A DNA stretch of 64,000 bases from Takakia lepidozioides (GCA_030704615.1 JAKLZA010000009.1:74638-138637), one strand, 5' to 3'; shown: positions 51,899 to 64,000, numbered from the stretch's first letter. Notes: generated by a model from the letters alone, not told the origin. Numbers and translations are program-made.

Positions 51899-54800
51899 TC
51901 AATGATTTCTGGAATCCCTAAGAAGGAGTTTGTGCAGCTCGTTCACGCTCAACGCCGGTGCATGAATAAAGTCATCAATAGTCACGTTCATCCTCAACCT
52001 CTTCAGGTAAATGTAATACAGATGCTTGCACGGATAATACTTCGAACCCTTCTTTGCTTCCATCAACGAGAAGTCCGTACAGTTGCAAGTCGGCTCCACT
52101 CCAATCGTAATTGTGTATACATCGTCGCGTACAGCCGAGCCGGCCGTTGCCATCCGATACACACGCCCAAGGCCGGGTGGGGGTACGTCCACGGAGCTCT
52201 GAATAGTGCAAGCCATCCCAAGAGCATTGGCAATCCGAGTCTCATTCAACTTGTTGGGAGGGTGTCGTCTCTTCACTCTTCCGAATCGCATTGTGGGATG
52301 TGCAGAATTGTCCAATCCGTCTCTACTGGACCGAGCAGTATGCAATGGCTGGGTCTGAGGAACCGGAAATGCGTGGGCCGGGATGTCTGTGCGTTGCACC
52401 ATTCGAAATCCTGCTGCAGATAGAGCATCCGCCTCATTCTGAGAGAGGCTGCAACCCGGTGCAACAGGCCAGACGCCCGGAGGCTCCGGCATTCCCTGAA
52501 TCCCGTACTTGGGCTTGCCAAATACACAGGTCATTATGTCGTGCCTACAGAACCAAAATGTCTGCGTTGTGGCGTGAGCAAATGTGGGAGTCAAAAATCT
52601 GCCGCTGAAACAAGGTGCAGGTACAGCACCGTGTGGGTTCCTCCGAATCATCTCACCACAGCGTGCTCTCGTATCCACCCGGATGGCGCAACACTTCCCT
52701 CGAAATGCCGGCAATGTCCTCGCAATTCTCCACTGTGACTCCGACACTCTTGTCTCCACAATGGGAATGTTGTATTGCTTTACTACAGATGGCTCGTTAT
52801 GTTGCCGGGGCACGCGCCCTGTGCTCAAAGGAGATGGCGATCTTGAACGTGCAGGACTTCCGGTGCTCGACGAGACCTCCTCGGACAACATCACCGGACC
52901 ACGAGGGAGCGTGCGAATATTCTTGTCAGCTCGCCATGAATCCTCTTCTCCGCCAGGTGCCTCGTCAAGTCTTCGTCTCACTGGACGGGTATGAACATCT
53001 CCTTCCAAATGTTGGCCTCTTCGCAGCAATGGCGTGTCCCGAAGGCCCTCTCGCAAGGCCGCCGCCCACTTCCGAGGATTCTTCGATCTGGAGGCAGTCC
53101 GCATCAGCATTTCCTGCCTGTCCGGCCCCAAGCCCCACTGTTTCCCTTTCAAGAACTCGTTGTACCTGCATTGCTGCATAATTGACCTCACAATGTCCTC
53201 CGTTGTGGCAGTGAGGATGTCCACCAGATGCGCCGCAGAGGAGGCACGCCAGGAAGAGTGCACTGATTCGGCCATGTTTGTCGTGGGCATGTCGGTGTCG
53301 GAGTCGAGACACATTTCCTGCACAAGCACATGTTGAGGTTACAAGCAAGTTACAAATATGGCCAAGAATAATATCCAACGGGACGCGAATTCGTGCAACT
53401 CACCTCCCGCATATAGTCGCCGAACTGGAGGAAACGATAATGCCACCATGCTAGCCAACTGACCATTGCTCCTTCGTCTGATTTCCTTACAGCACCTGAC
53501 GATGTCCACCAAGCCCGTATGCATGCAAACTGTGTCTCTGCATCATCCAAGGTGGGAGCGCGCTTCCACGCAAGGCACATGGAACGGTGCTCCTCTCTGA
53601 AATCTGGCGCCACGAGCCTGGTTGTGTACTGCGAAAGGCTCTGCAGAAAGTGGAACCCACAAGATCTCTCCTTGCCTTCCATGGGAACATTGGGGTCTTG
53701 CCCGTACACCCTTCGGATGGCAGCCCAATTTGCTTGTGCGTTGTCCGCCATGAAACCACGGAAATTGGGAGGGGGCAATCCCGCCTTGGCCATCTGTTCG
53801 TTTATTCCCTGCCAAAGAAGCATCTCCGATTGTGTGTCCTCTCCTTTCATCTCACAAATAGCAATTGTCATTAGCATCCTGCAGTGGGTGTCGTAGACAT
53901 GTGCACCCATTGTCACCCACTGGTGATTTGTAATTCGCTTGATATGGTCGAACATGACCCAACTGTTTGACAAGTTCCCACTCGTCATCCTGTCGACCAG
54001 TTCGACGCCACTGCCAGGTCCACACGTGGACATTTTGAATACGAAACAACGATCTGCCTCAGTCCCTTGTCCTGGAAACCTACTTCCATGAATGTAGTCA
54101 TATCCACATCGTCGCTTCACCTCCAGAATGGAGTGCATATCCGAGCCACGCCCAATTTTCTGTTTGCAAGAGACAATGTGGTTTCGGACATTCGGTGAAC
54201 ATACGTGGGACACCGACTCCAGCAATGCCTCCATTTCCTTCTCGTCGAGAGGAACTCTATCCGAGCCGTCTTCCGACATAATTCTGGCCAATGCCATCTT
54301 ATGGGCGGCTTGGAGCTGTATCTGTTTGGGTTTGGCACCCGGTCTCAACTTAACCTCCTCCTGAACGAGCTGCTCTGCTTCGTGGGCAGCCTCCCGCGAG
54401 TTCCCCCTCGCCAATTTGTGACAATGGGAACCAACGTGTATGCAAGCTCGGGTGAGGTCAGGGAAACGGTGCAACACATAGAACTGCTTGGCATTACAAA
54501 CAGACATGCAGTGTGGTGGTTCTTTGCAATGCGCACACTTAAATGTGGAGTTCGGAACCTTCTCCTGAGCTCGAAATGGTTGGTGAGCTGTGCCTGTCCA
54601 ATCGGTCTCGTTCCTGTGACCTCTGGATTTAAAGTGGAAGCAAGTTGGGGAGAAACACCGCAACGCGCCCGCACAAACAACGTAGCGCACCCGCACACCA
54701 TCAAGCATCTTCATGCTGGTGGTTTTGGTAACGCACCAAGGATGACCGTCATGTTTTCTATCCATATCTGTCAACATTCCGGACGCCCTCGAGTAGTCCG

Positions 54801-55491
54801 CCCGAGGAGGGAACTCAAAGAAGACATTACCGTCGACGTCGGCGGGAAGGCATGTAACCGATTTAATTGCGAACTTGCTGTAGTCCAGCCCGGCCAGCTC
54901 CGACCGGTGTCCCTCCAGGTGAAGCCCTCGCAGAATTTCTAGAATAGATCGAACTGCGGTGCTCGTGCTGGGAATATGACTCCCTCCTCCACTGACGTCC
55001 ATTGAGGACTTGCCTGATCTCCAGGACGACCTCGGAACTTCCATGACCTCGTCTGAGTCGGACAGGTTGTGAACAACCCGGTTCTCGGTCGTCTTCATGG
55101 ATGGGTTCGGCTCTGGATTTACTTCGTTGCGGACTTCTCTCTTTGAGGTACCCACTCTCTGATTCGCGGATTGTTTCGTGGAAGGCGCCAGGATAGACGG
55201 TGCATTTGGCGGGCAAATGAAGTCCCCAACAGCCCTGTATATGACGCTGTCCGATGGTGGAACTCGCCATTCCCTGCCATCGCCGAAATCATCGTGGAGC
55301 ACAACAATACTCTCGACAACAAGGCCGTTTGAGTCCTTCCTTTCCTCCTCCAAAAAAACCGACCCCGGTTTCAGGTGGTATCGAACGCACAGATATTTCT
55401 CCATCACCCGGCAGGTGTCCCCTCTGCACGGAAATGAAGCTCTATGCTCGTGAGGAGGGCAGTACACTGTAGCGCTCGGGTTTTCCGCCAT
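51899..55491 (-). CDS. MULE/MuDR-type DDE transposase with C-terminal SWIM finger, 2 exons (55491-53404, 53317-51899), about 1168 aa
   Basis: Catalytic candidates WVMF(D)H, FMA(D)NAQA and NMA(E)SVH. CxxH (CGFH) follows the second D. SWIM finger CNC...CKH. The GT-AG intron keeps the frame. Confidence 0.88.
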
Positions 55492-55789
55492 GGGAGATGT
55501 GCACACAAGACTGCCAGGATGGCGTGCGGGGAAGCTCCCTGGTAGAAGGGGGTGCAGCGATGGGAATGAATGCGATGCCGATTTGTCCGAGCGACGAAGC
55601 CTGATCCAAATCCAGGGAGCCAACTATCTCAAAAATCCACAGTCAGAGTGTTAATGAACCTTGTCTCCGGAATGCGGCCCCTCGTCTTTGCGCAATAACT
55701 GCCAACGGTATGCAGTCAGAAAGTGGGGGGCCGTCCGGATGATGACGGCTGAAGGGGATAAGCCGGCACCGTGCCGTCACATTACTACC

Positions 55790-57450
55790 CCCGAATGGAA
55801 ATTCGGCACCCAACATCCAACAGAGGAAGCCCGGATGAAGTCGCCTCGGGCGCAGAGGCCGGAGTGTGTGCGACAGAGAACATCTTCTGGATGGAGATTC
55901 GGCGCCGAATTTCCATCCGGTCCCCCCAAAGGGAGTCGTGTCGGGGGGTCAGGCCGAAAACTGGACGGCATAAAAACATCCCCAGATGGAAAAACGGCGC
56001 CGAATTTCCATCCGGGGCGATTCGGATGCAGTCGGGGAGGGGGGAGTGGCCTGCAGTTGGCTGTCACATTTCAACCCCCGGACGGAAATTCGGCAACGAA
56101 TATCGAACAGGGGACGCCCGGATGAAGTCGCCTGGGGCACAGAGGCCGGCCAGTGTGCGACAGAGAACATCCCCTGGACGGCCATTCGGCGCCGAATTTC
56201 CATCCGGGCCCCCCCAAAGGAAGTGTTGTCGGCGTGTCAGAGCGAAAACTGGCCGACATAAAAACCTCCACAGATGAGAAAACGGCGCCGAATTTCAATT
56301 CGGGGCCGTTCCAATGAAGTCGGGGAGGGGGGAGAGGTCGGAACCTGGCAGTCATATTTCAACCCCCGGGACGGAAATTCGGCACCGAATATCCAACAGA
56401 GCGGCGGAGAGGCGGCACCTCTCCGACAGAGACCATCCCCCGGATGGAGATTCGGCGCCGAATTTCCATCCAGCAGGTAAGTGGAATCTCGGATGGATGG
56501 AGATTCGGCGCCGAATTTCCAATATCCATATGGCACCGATCCGACGTACCTGCAGGATGGAAATTCGGCGCCGAATTACCTGCTTGAAGGAAATTTGGCG
56601 AACCGCCCTACCTGCGCGGATGGAAATTCGGCGCCGGATTTCCATCCGCGCGCATCCGAATTACCTGCTTGAAGGAAATTTGGCGCACCGCCATCCTACG
56701 CGGATGGAAATTCGGCGCCGGATTTCCATCCGCGCGCATCCGAATTACCTGCGCGGATGGAAATTCGGCGCCGGATTTCCATCCGCGCGCATCCGAATTA
56801 CCTGCGCGGATGGAAATTCGGCGCCGGATTTCCATCCGCGCGCATCCGAATTACCTGCTTGAAGGAAATTTGGCGAACCGCCCTACCTGCGCGGATGGAA
56901 ATTCGGCGCCGGATTTCCATCCGCGCGCATCCGAATTACCTGCTTGAAGGAAATTTGGCGCACCGCCCTACCTGCGCGGATGGAAATTCGGCGCCGGATT
57001 TCCATCCGGGCGCATCCGAATTACCTGCGCGGATGGAAATTCGGCGCCGGATTTCCATCCGCGCGCATCCGAATTACCTGCTTGAAGGAAATTTGGCGCA
57101 CCGCCCTACCTGCGCGGATGGAAATTCGGCGCCGGATTTCCATCCGGGCGCATCCGAATTACCTGGGCGGATGGAAATTCGGCGCCGGATTTCCATCCGC
57201 GCGCATCCGAATTACCTGCTTGAAGGAAATTTGGCGCACCGCCATCCTACGCGGATGGAAATTCGGCGCCGGATTTCCATCCGCGCGCATCCGAATTACC
57301 TGCGCGGATGGAAATTCGGCGCCGGATTTCCATCCGCGCGCATCCGAATTACCTGCTTGAAGGAAATTTGGCGAACCGCCCTACCTGCGCGGATGGAAAT
57401 TCGGCGCCGGATTTCCATCCGCGCGCTTCCGAATTACCTGCGTGAGGGAA
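55790..57450. repeat. Intergenic array of GGCGCC-centred palindromes; 56590-57440 is built from about 53-bp and 32-bp modules
   Basis: GCGGATGGAAATTCGGCGCCGGATTTCCATCCGC is repeated more than 10 times between the two divergent genes. Confidence 0.95.
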
Positions 57451-57667
57451 ATTCCGGGACTGTTTTCGTCTATTTTCTTCCGACATGGAGGGCTTCATCC
57501 GACATTTAATTGCGCAGTTGGGCAATAAATGTCGACGGCCGTCGCTTATTATTCGGGCTGGCGACGCATGGCTTCCTGGACACGTACCCTAAATCTCATG
57601 CTATACTTGGCTTAACATGGTATTCCAGGCATGTACCCCAAAAAGGAGATCTTTTTGGCTGGGACTT

Positions 57668-60600
57668 ATGCCGCCTGAAGGGCGTGGCTCTCCTGAGAGA
57701 GACCTCAGATCCAGACCGCGGCGGAAGTTGAAAGCTCTGTACTACGGACGACGGCCAATCTCTCGCATGGCCAAACTGAAGCTCCAGCAGGAGATTCCAG
57801 TGTCTTGCTCACAACCTGCGCCAACTGAAGCCGAGTACTCTCAGGCAAGCCACTTCTGCTTTCGGTTTGTTCGATTTCTTTTTTGCTTTCGCTTCGTTAC
57901 CTCGCTTTGTTTCTGCATCTTCATCCTGGCTTTGCTTTATGAGTGAACTTTAGATAGTTGACTGAACCTTAGATTGTTTGCAATGCGTGTGCAAATCCGG
58001 CAGCTCTGGAGAAGGCTGCTTGTGCATGTCATTCTTAGGCAATGGTTGCATTTGTTTTCATTGTTGTTGCATGGCTCTCCATACTTCCTAAACTTGTTAT
58101 GTTTTCATTTTTGCTACATGATTGCTGCTATGGTGGTTGCGCTGCTGCTTTTTGCACCACTGTTGGTGTTCACGATTTTTGTCAATCACAGAGTGACGAC
58201 GAGCCCGGCACGCTGGTGGTATCATCGACAGCTCCAACTCATCGCATGTTTGAATCGCCCAACTTGGGGCGAGAGGGCAAACTTAAATCTTTTGTTGGTG
58301 GACGGGAGGACTTGCAACGAGATTACGATAGAGTAGGCATTGGGGAGGTTGGTGCAGGCGGCATGGCAGGTGAAGGGCGTGAGGACATGAGGACAGCAGA
58401 TCCGGCAATGGAGGTTGTTCATGCACATGCAGTAGGGCCCGCCCACGCAAAGAAAAAGAAGAAAGCTAAGCACATGCAATCCCCGGCGAGAGAGCAGTCA
58501 CGGGCTGCGGAGGGGGGAGTGAGCAGTGCGCGCGAGGGTGTCAGTTCGCCTCAATCAAAGGTGGTCGTCCTGGAGGGCTCCCCTGTTGCTAGCCCTAGTA
58601 AGAAACAGAAAGCCCGTGAGAGGGCAAAAGAGAGGGCAAAAGAACAGACGAGACAGAATGCTAGCAAGGAGGAAAGACAAAAGGCAGCTGAAGAGGCCCG
58701 GGGTGCCCAAATGACAGATGCCAATGTAAGCGAGGGACACACAGAGACGGTGGATCCCTACAAGACACCACAGAGAGGCAGTAGCACACCGGTTAGACCA
58801 TCGCGGGCAAGTGCAGCCCCCGCAATTACCCATACGGTGGAGAGTGGAGGAGAGGAAAGAACACCTGAAAGAGCACCGATTGTGCAAGTTCGAGGTGAAG
58901 CCAGGGAGAGGGCAGTAGAGACGACGAGAGTGCTGGAGGTGGTTTCGCAGGTGGCTGACCCTGTTGAGGAGGACGACATGGATGTTTCTGACCAGGATGA
59001 CATTCTCCCGGACATCCCCAGGCCCCAAACCCGGAGCATACAGGCTGGATTTGGCGGTCTTGGTGGGCTGCCGGAAAACCCCTCTGCAGCAGACGTCATG
59101 TCTGAGGCGGATATGAAGTTGGCCGCTGCCAAGATGTTGGAGGCAACCCACAGCAACATTGGCAGGGTGCTGGGGGGCATGGTGTACCCGGCCAAGCTTC
59201 GAATTCCCCTTTGCCGCTTGGTGTCATTGCAGGTGGTGAGACCTGCCCTCCCAGGCGATATCGACAAGCTGAAATTCTCTTTCCGGGATGGATATCGAAT
59301 GGGGTCTGCCGCCTTTTACGTTTCCATTGAGAACGACCACGGAGCTTCCCGTGCCCACACTTCCGATGAGGTGGACAAATGGGGTCCCCATTGGCAAACG
59401 CGAAATGAGGAGTTCGAGAGATCGATTGCTAGTGATCCTCTTTTCCAGCACATGTCCGGTAAGATGTTCTACGTGTGGGACGGCAATCATCGCCTCCTGG
59501 CATGGATGGAGCACATTGCCCAAGCCCACCCCAACGATCTCGATTGGCATTTCGCCGTCGATTGTGTTGTGCTGAAGGTTGCGGGGCCCAAAGATCGCAG
59601 TCTTCTCAAAGCTGCAATGGCCGACATCAACTCGTAAGCTACAACCCCTCTCGCTTTTGGACTTTGAATTTGGAAGTCATTTCATTGCGAATCCTCATAT
59701 ATGATGAAAATTCCCATTTCAGTATTGTTTGATGGAAATGTGGCACTGCAGGGTGACTGAGAATGCCTTCATTGCCACCAACTTGTCCCATATGCTCTTC
59801 CGAGTGAAGGATGTCGGGAGGCAGGGGGTGGAAGAGTTTGCCAATTCCCTCAGTGCCGACCTCCTGCGCAAGTCGGAGGCAAAGGCAGACAGAACCTGGT
59901 ATAGGCTGAGCGTCGACGCCATGGTGGACTACATATTTCGGGTAAAGCTCCTGCAGTTTTGTTGAGCTAATTTGTCTCTCCTCCCCCAATAGAAGAAATT
60001 GTGTTGAGCAGGATCTCTAATCTTATGTGCTGCTTTTCGACAGACGAAAATACAGCAGGATTTGGCACATGCGCGGAGGTTCTACATGGAGTCAGAGGAG
60101 AAGAATCCAACCCTCCCGGAACTCGAATCGTATGTCAAAGCTGCGGAGGTGAGGGCCCGCATAAAGTACAAGTCGCGGATGGTAAAGTACGTGGCCATAG
60201 CTGATCCCGCCCTTGGTGCCGACTTTCTGGTGGAGGTGGGAAAGCACTACTCTCGCGCTCTGAAGCCCACGATGACATTGGAGAAGCTCCATCGTCTAGC
60301 CACATCCTGTGTGGATGCAACAGAAAAGGTGATACATTCTTAACCAAATTGTGGTGGCAACAACTCCTTTTTGTGGTGTTTGGCGCTTACGAATATGCTG
60401 GGTGGTTGGACAGACCCGGTGGCTCCAAATCTGGAATGGTTCCCAAAGTACCAGGGACATGTGGAGCTTCCCCAAACCGGACAAACTCTCTGACCCCACA
60501 TTCGACATGTGGATGAACCGCATGACATGGTGGTTTCAGGTACTTCCCCACGCTTCGTTTGGGGCTTGTACTCTAGTAGGGGGTTGATTCATTGTATTTT

Positions 60601-63600
60601 TTGAGGAAAGCGATCTGATGGACAATCTCCACAGGTGACGACGAATGCGCAAGAGCAGCTGGACACACAAGCACATCAGTTCAAGATGGAGATATCTCCT
60701 GCAGCAGAGAGCCTGCGTGACTATGTGACGAGGTACTTTCTGCTCTACAAAACCAACCTATTCTTTCGGGAGATAGCAGATGCTCGCCGGAGCCACGAGT
60801 TCACCGACCAGCCGAACGCGGACAAAGCAGCAATGCGCCTTCTGTACAGGTACATACGCGCTGCCTTTCTTTCAAGTCCTGGCATTTCAGGATGTTAGAG
60901 GCCTAAGTGGTGTTAGGGAAAATGGCGCCGAATTTCCAGTCAGGGCTCCGAAAATGGCAAAGTCCCTAGACTGGCTGGCCCGGAACTGGAAATTCGGCGC
61001 CATTTTCCAGTTCCAGGCCCTATTGCCGTCCAGGGACTTAGCCATTTTCGGGCTAAGTCCCTAGACTGGCTGGCCATGAAGTGGAAATTCGGCGCCATAT
61101 TCCAGTTCCAGGCCCTATTGCCGTCCAGGGACTTAGCCATTTTCGGTCTAAGTCCCTAGGGTGGCTGGCCCGGAACTGGAAATTCGGCGCCATATTCCAG
61201 TTCTAGGCCCTATTGCCGTCCAGGGACTTAGCCATTTTCCGGCTAAGTCCCTAGACTGGCTGGCCCTGAAGTGGAAATTCGGCGCCATATTCCAGTTCCA
61301 GGCCCTATTGCCGTCCAGGGACTTAGCCATTTTAGGTCTAAGTCCCTAGGGTGGCTGGCCCGGAACTGGAAATTCGGCGCCGTATTCCAGTTCTAGGCCC
61401 TATTGCCGTCCAGGGACTTAGCCATTTTCGGGCCAAGTCCCTAGACTGGCTGGCCCTGAAGTGGAAATTCGGCGCCATATTCCAGTTCCAGGCCCTATTG
61501 CCGTCCAGGGACTTAGCCATTTTCGGTCTAAGTCCCTAGGGTGGCTGGCCCGGAACTGGAAATTCGGCGCCGTATTCCAGTTCTAGGCCCTATTGCCGTC
61601 CAGGGACTTAGCCATTTTTTGTGTAAGTCCCTAGGGTGGCTGGCCCGGAAGTGGAAATTCGGCGCCGTTTTCCAGTTCCAGGCCGTATTGCCGTCCAGGG
61701 ACTTAGCCATTTTCGGGCTAAGTCCCTACACTGGGTGGCCCTGAAGTGGAAATTCGGCGCCATATTCCAGTTGTAGGCCCTATTGCCGTTCAGGGAGTTA
61801 GCCATTTTCGGACCTCATTGGGTTTTTCATGAATGCAGGTACTGTAAGTTCTCGCTTTTGGAGAAAGGTCATCTGTCTTTCGAGCCACCATTCTTCCTGG
61901 CATGGAGGAACCCTGGGGCTGACTCCATGTACACTGACGATATTGTGAAGGAGTGGCATCTGGAACATTTGCGTGATTGCCCTTGGTATGTGGACCTTCC
62001 GCCCGGCTCGCTCGACCCATCCGAGTTTCAATTGAAGCTGGATGCTGAATTCCGACGAAACCGGGCTCCGCTGCCTCCGTTGGGTGCAAAAGAGGCAAAA
62101 GCGCTTGCGAACTCCAGGAAAGCGGCAGAGCTTGCTCAGGCAGGAATTCAAGAGAAATTGCATGAGAAGAGTAAAGGTCAAAGGAAAAGGACAAGGAAAC
62201 AGGTGACTGCAGTAACACCCAAAAAGAAGAAAACCATCGGGGCATCGGAGGAGGCGCAGGAGGGGACCCAAGAGAGTGACTCCGACGCCGATTTTGTTCA
62301 AGGTCCTGCGACTGCTGTTGCTCCTACCCAGTCACCGGTCGTCCGGGTTCCCAAGTCAGTTCGGAGTGGGACTGGCTCTGCCAAGAAGTTGGCATTTGAG
62401 GGCGAGCCTACACGGCGGTATTCGGCGGTGACGTTTACGCACAGGCCAAAGCTAGAACCTCCAACCATCATCCAATGCGTCAATGAGAGCTTCCTTGACG
62501 CTCTCGCTGCCAGGGCGAAGAAGGTGGCACACAACAAGTCTCTGGCGGAGCAGAAGGGAAAAGCCAAGAAGAGGGCTGCCGGTACAGAGCCTAAAGACAC
62601 CCCTGGTTTTGAAGCCATGATGGAATTCTTCACGGCTGTGAGCACGAATTGCAAGAGCACTCGGGGGGGGGTTGAGGTGGAGAGAGCTTGCGACATGATT
62701 CTCCTCGACATTCCAGATGGGGAGCTGCTGGAGGGCCTGGATGGTGTGCCCACCTGGAACAGGTTTACTGAGGACTACTGGAAAGCCGGGTTTGGGCTGG
62801 CGGGGATGCTTCTGGATGACGGTGGATGTGTGGTTGTCCTTGCCACGAGAGGGAAGACCACAGAGAATGCGGTGGCAAGGTGGACACCGAAAAGTGTCAC
62901 CCCGGTCCTCCTCAGAAAATGGTTCTGCATCAGTACGCAGGGGTTGCGAACAGAGGGCCAAAGTGTAAGTTATCAATCTATTGCATTCACTTCATATTGT
63001 GGTGTATGTTAAGTAGACCCTGGAATTGATCCCTTCTTTGTTGGATGTGCAGACATTGGTGTTTGAGGCATATTGCTTTGTGAAGAGAGGGTCTACGTTC
63101 AAATTCCGCAACGACGGTCGTCTTGTTGATGCCGCTGTGGACCCTGTAACCTACGATGTCCTCTACAACTATGTGCCCCACTCTAGTATGCCGAAGGACA
63201 CAAAGACAGGCAAACCGTGGCGGTACAGCCGGACCCGAAGCCCTGCTTTCATCCAAACCCTCATGGAGACGTGCTCGGATGTCCAAGGGCGGATTCTGGA
63301 CCTCACATGCGGCACGGGTAAGCCTTCACGTGCTCAGTTTGTCCCCTGGCCCCATTGCAATTGCATGCCGCAAGCTATTAACCGCCCGCTTTGTTCCTCA
63401 GGTGCTTCAATGTGGGCAGGGACGTTGTCCGACAGGCATGTGTTCGCCTTCGAGCCAGATACTGCCCTCCACAACTCGGAACTTGCAGCGGCTGAACGTC
63501 TGCCGAAAGAGGAAGAGGCATCCTCGGAGGATGAGGAAAAATCCGAGAAGGAGCAGGGGGAGGAAGTTGGGATCGAGGCCGAGGAGCCCCCGGTTTACGA

Positions 63601-63604
63601 GTGA
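57668..63604 (+). CDS. Spliced ParB/Srx-like plus beta-class DNA amino-methyltransferase-like fusion, paralogue C, intact about 1342 aa. Exons 57668-57844, 58192-59633, 59752-59941, 60044-60328, 60414-60539, 60635-60849, 61839-62964, 63053-63317, 63402-63604
   Basis: Exons total 4029 nt with no internal stop; intron 1 is GC-AG. Motifs: RIPLCRLV, FYVWDGNHRLLAW, CDMILLDIPDG, RTRSPAFIQTLME, ILDLTCGTG|AS, RHVFAFEPD. Confidence 0.85.
60915..61812. repeat. 95-bp tandem repeat (190-bp dimer) with GGAAATTCGGCGCC and GGGACTTAGCC inside intron 6 (60850-61838) of cargo gene C
   Basis: About 9 units. The 190-bp periodicity is visible in the ORF track (61148, 61338, 61528). Confidence 0.93.
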
Positions 63605-64000
63605 GTGGTGGCATTGTAAGTTGCCTCCAGATTTTGTGAGGCACCTCCCTCCGCTCTCTTATTTCATTGAAAACCCTTTTGGTTGTGCTGGTATTGACAT
63701 TCTTCAAGTGGATTTGTTCTTACTGTAGGATGCCAAGTACTGCCGGAGGGACGTCTACACCGGAGTTCATGGGCAGGAGGAACGTGCCTTTTTTTGCCAG
63801 GGGAGATTTCATGCCTAGTCCAGAAAGGGAGTACATCCTGCCTACTTATGCTGCCCGGCTTGCTTCGGTGTCCATTAGGAGGTGTTCCGAACGTAGTCGT
63901 GTACAGCAGATTTTAGACGAGGCAAGCCTCAAGAAAATGAAGATGAGGGAGGAGGCAGCAGCTATTAGAGCCCGTCGGGCTCGTAGATTTGTGTTGGATT

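Larger units (their letters stand above)
51120..64000. mobile_element. MULE copy C, apparently autonomous, extends past the window: TIR, transposase (-), palindrome arrays, ParB-MTase cargo (+)
   Basis: TIR GGAGGTTTGCTATTTCATGAGC at 51120 interrupts gypsy 1 gag. Two intact spliced genes follow. Confidence 0.88.

Noticed and set aside
57668-63604. Bacterial or phage contamination explaining the ParB-MTase gene
   Set aside because: The gene has eight spliceosomal introns, six of them shared with a paralogue, and is contiguous with eukaryotic transposons.

Overview
Eukaryotic, transposon-dense window with no recognisable host gene and a 500-N gap at 28501-29000. The host is probably a non-seed land plant (inference from the transposon types and spliceosomal introns). 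It contains nested Ty3/gypsy LTR elements: one complete copy at 39283-51048 with an ACATT TSD, inserted into the gag of an older minus-strand gypsy. There is also a decayed LINE, a CACTA end, and about seven pieces of one Mutator-like (MULE) DNA-transposon family. The most striking feature is this MULE family. Head-to-head with its DDE/SWIM transposase it carries a 9-exon cargo gene encoding a ParB/Srx-like domain (DGNHRLLA) fused to a bacterial beta-class-like N6A/N4C DNA-methyltransferase fold. Its non-coding DNA (intergenic, intronic and subterminal) is packed with tandem arrays of long palindromes. Two divergent subfamilies are present, each with its own cargo paralogue and its own palindrome: a CAGCTCAAACAGTGTGCG-loop hairpin in one and GGATGGAAATTCGGCGCCGAATTTCCATCC in the other. 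This suggests a transposon-encoded, parS/ParB-like or VANC-like self-recognition or epigenetic system. Domain calls rest on motif recognition by eye, not database searches.
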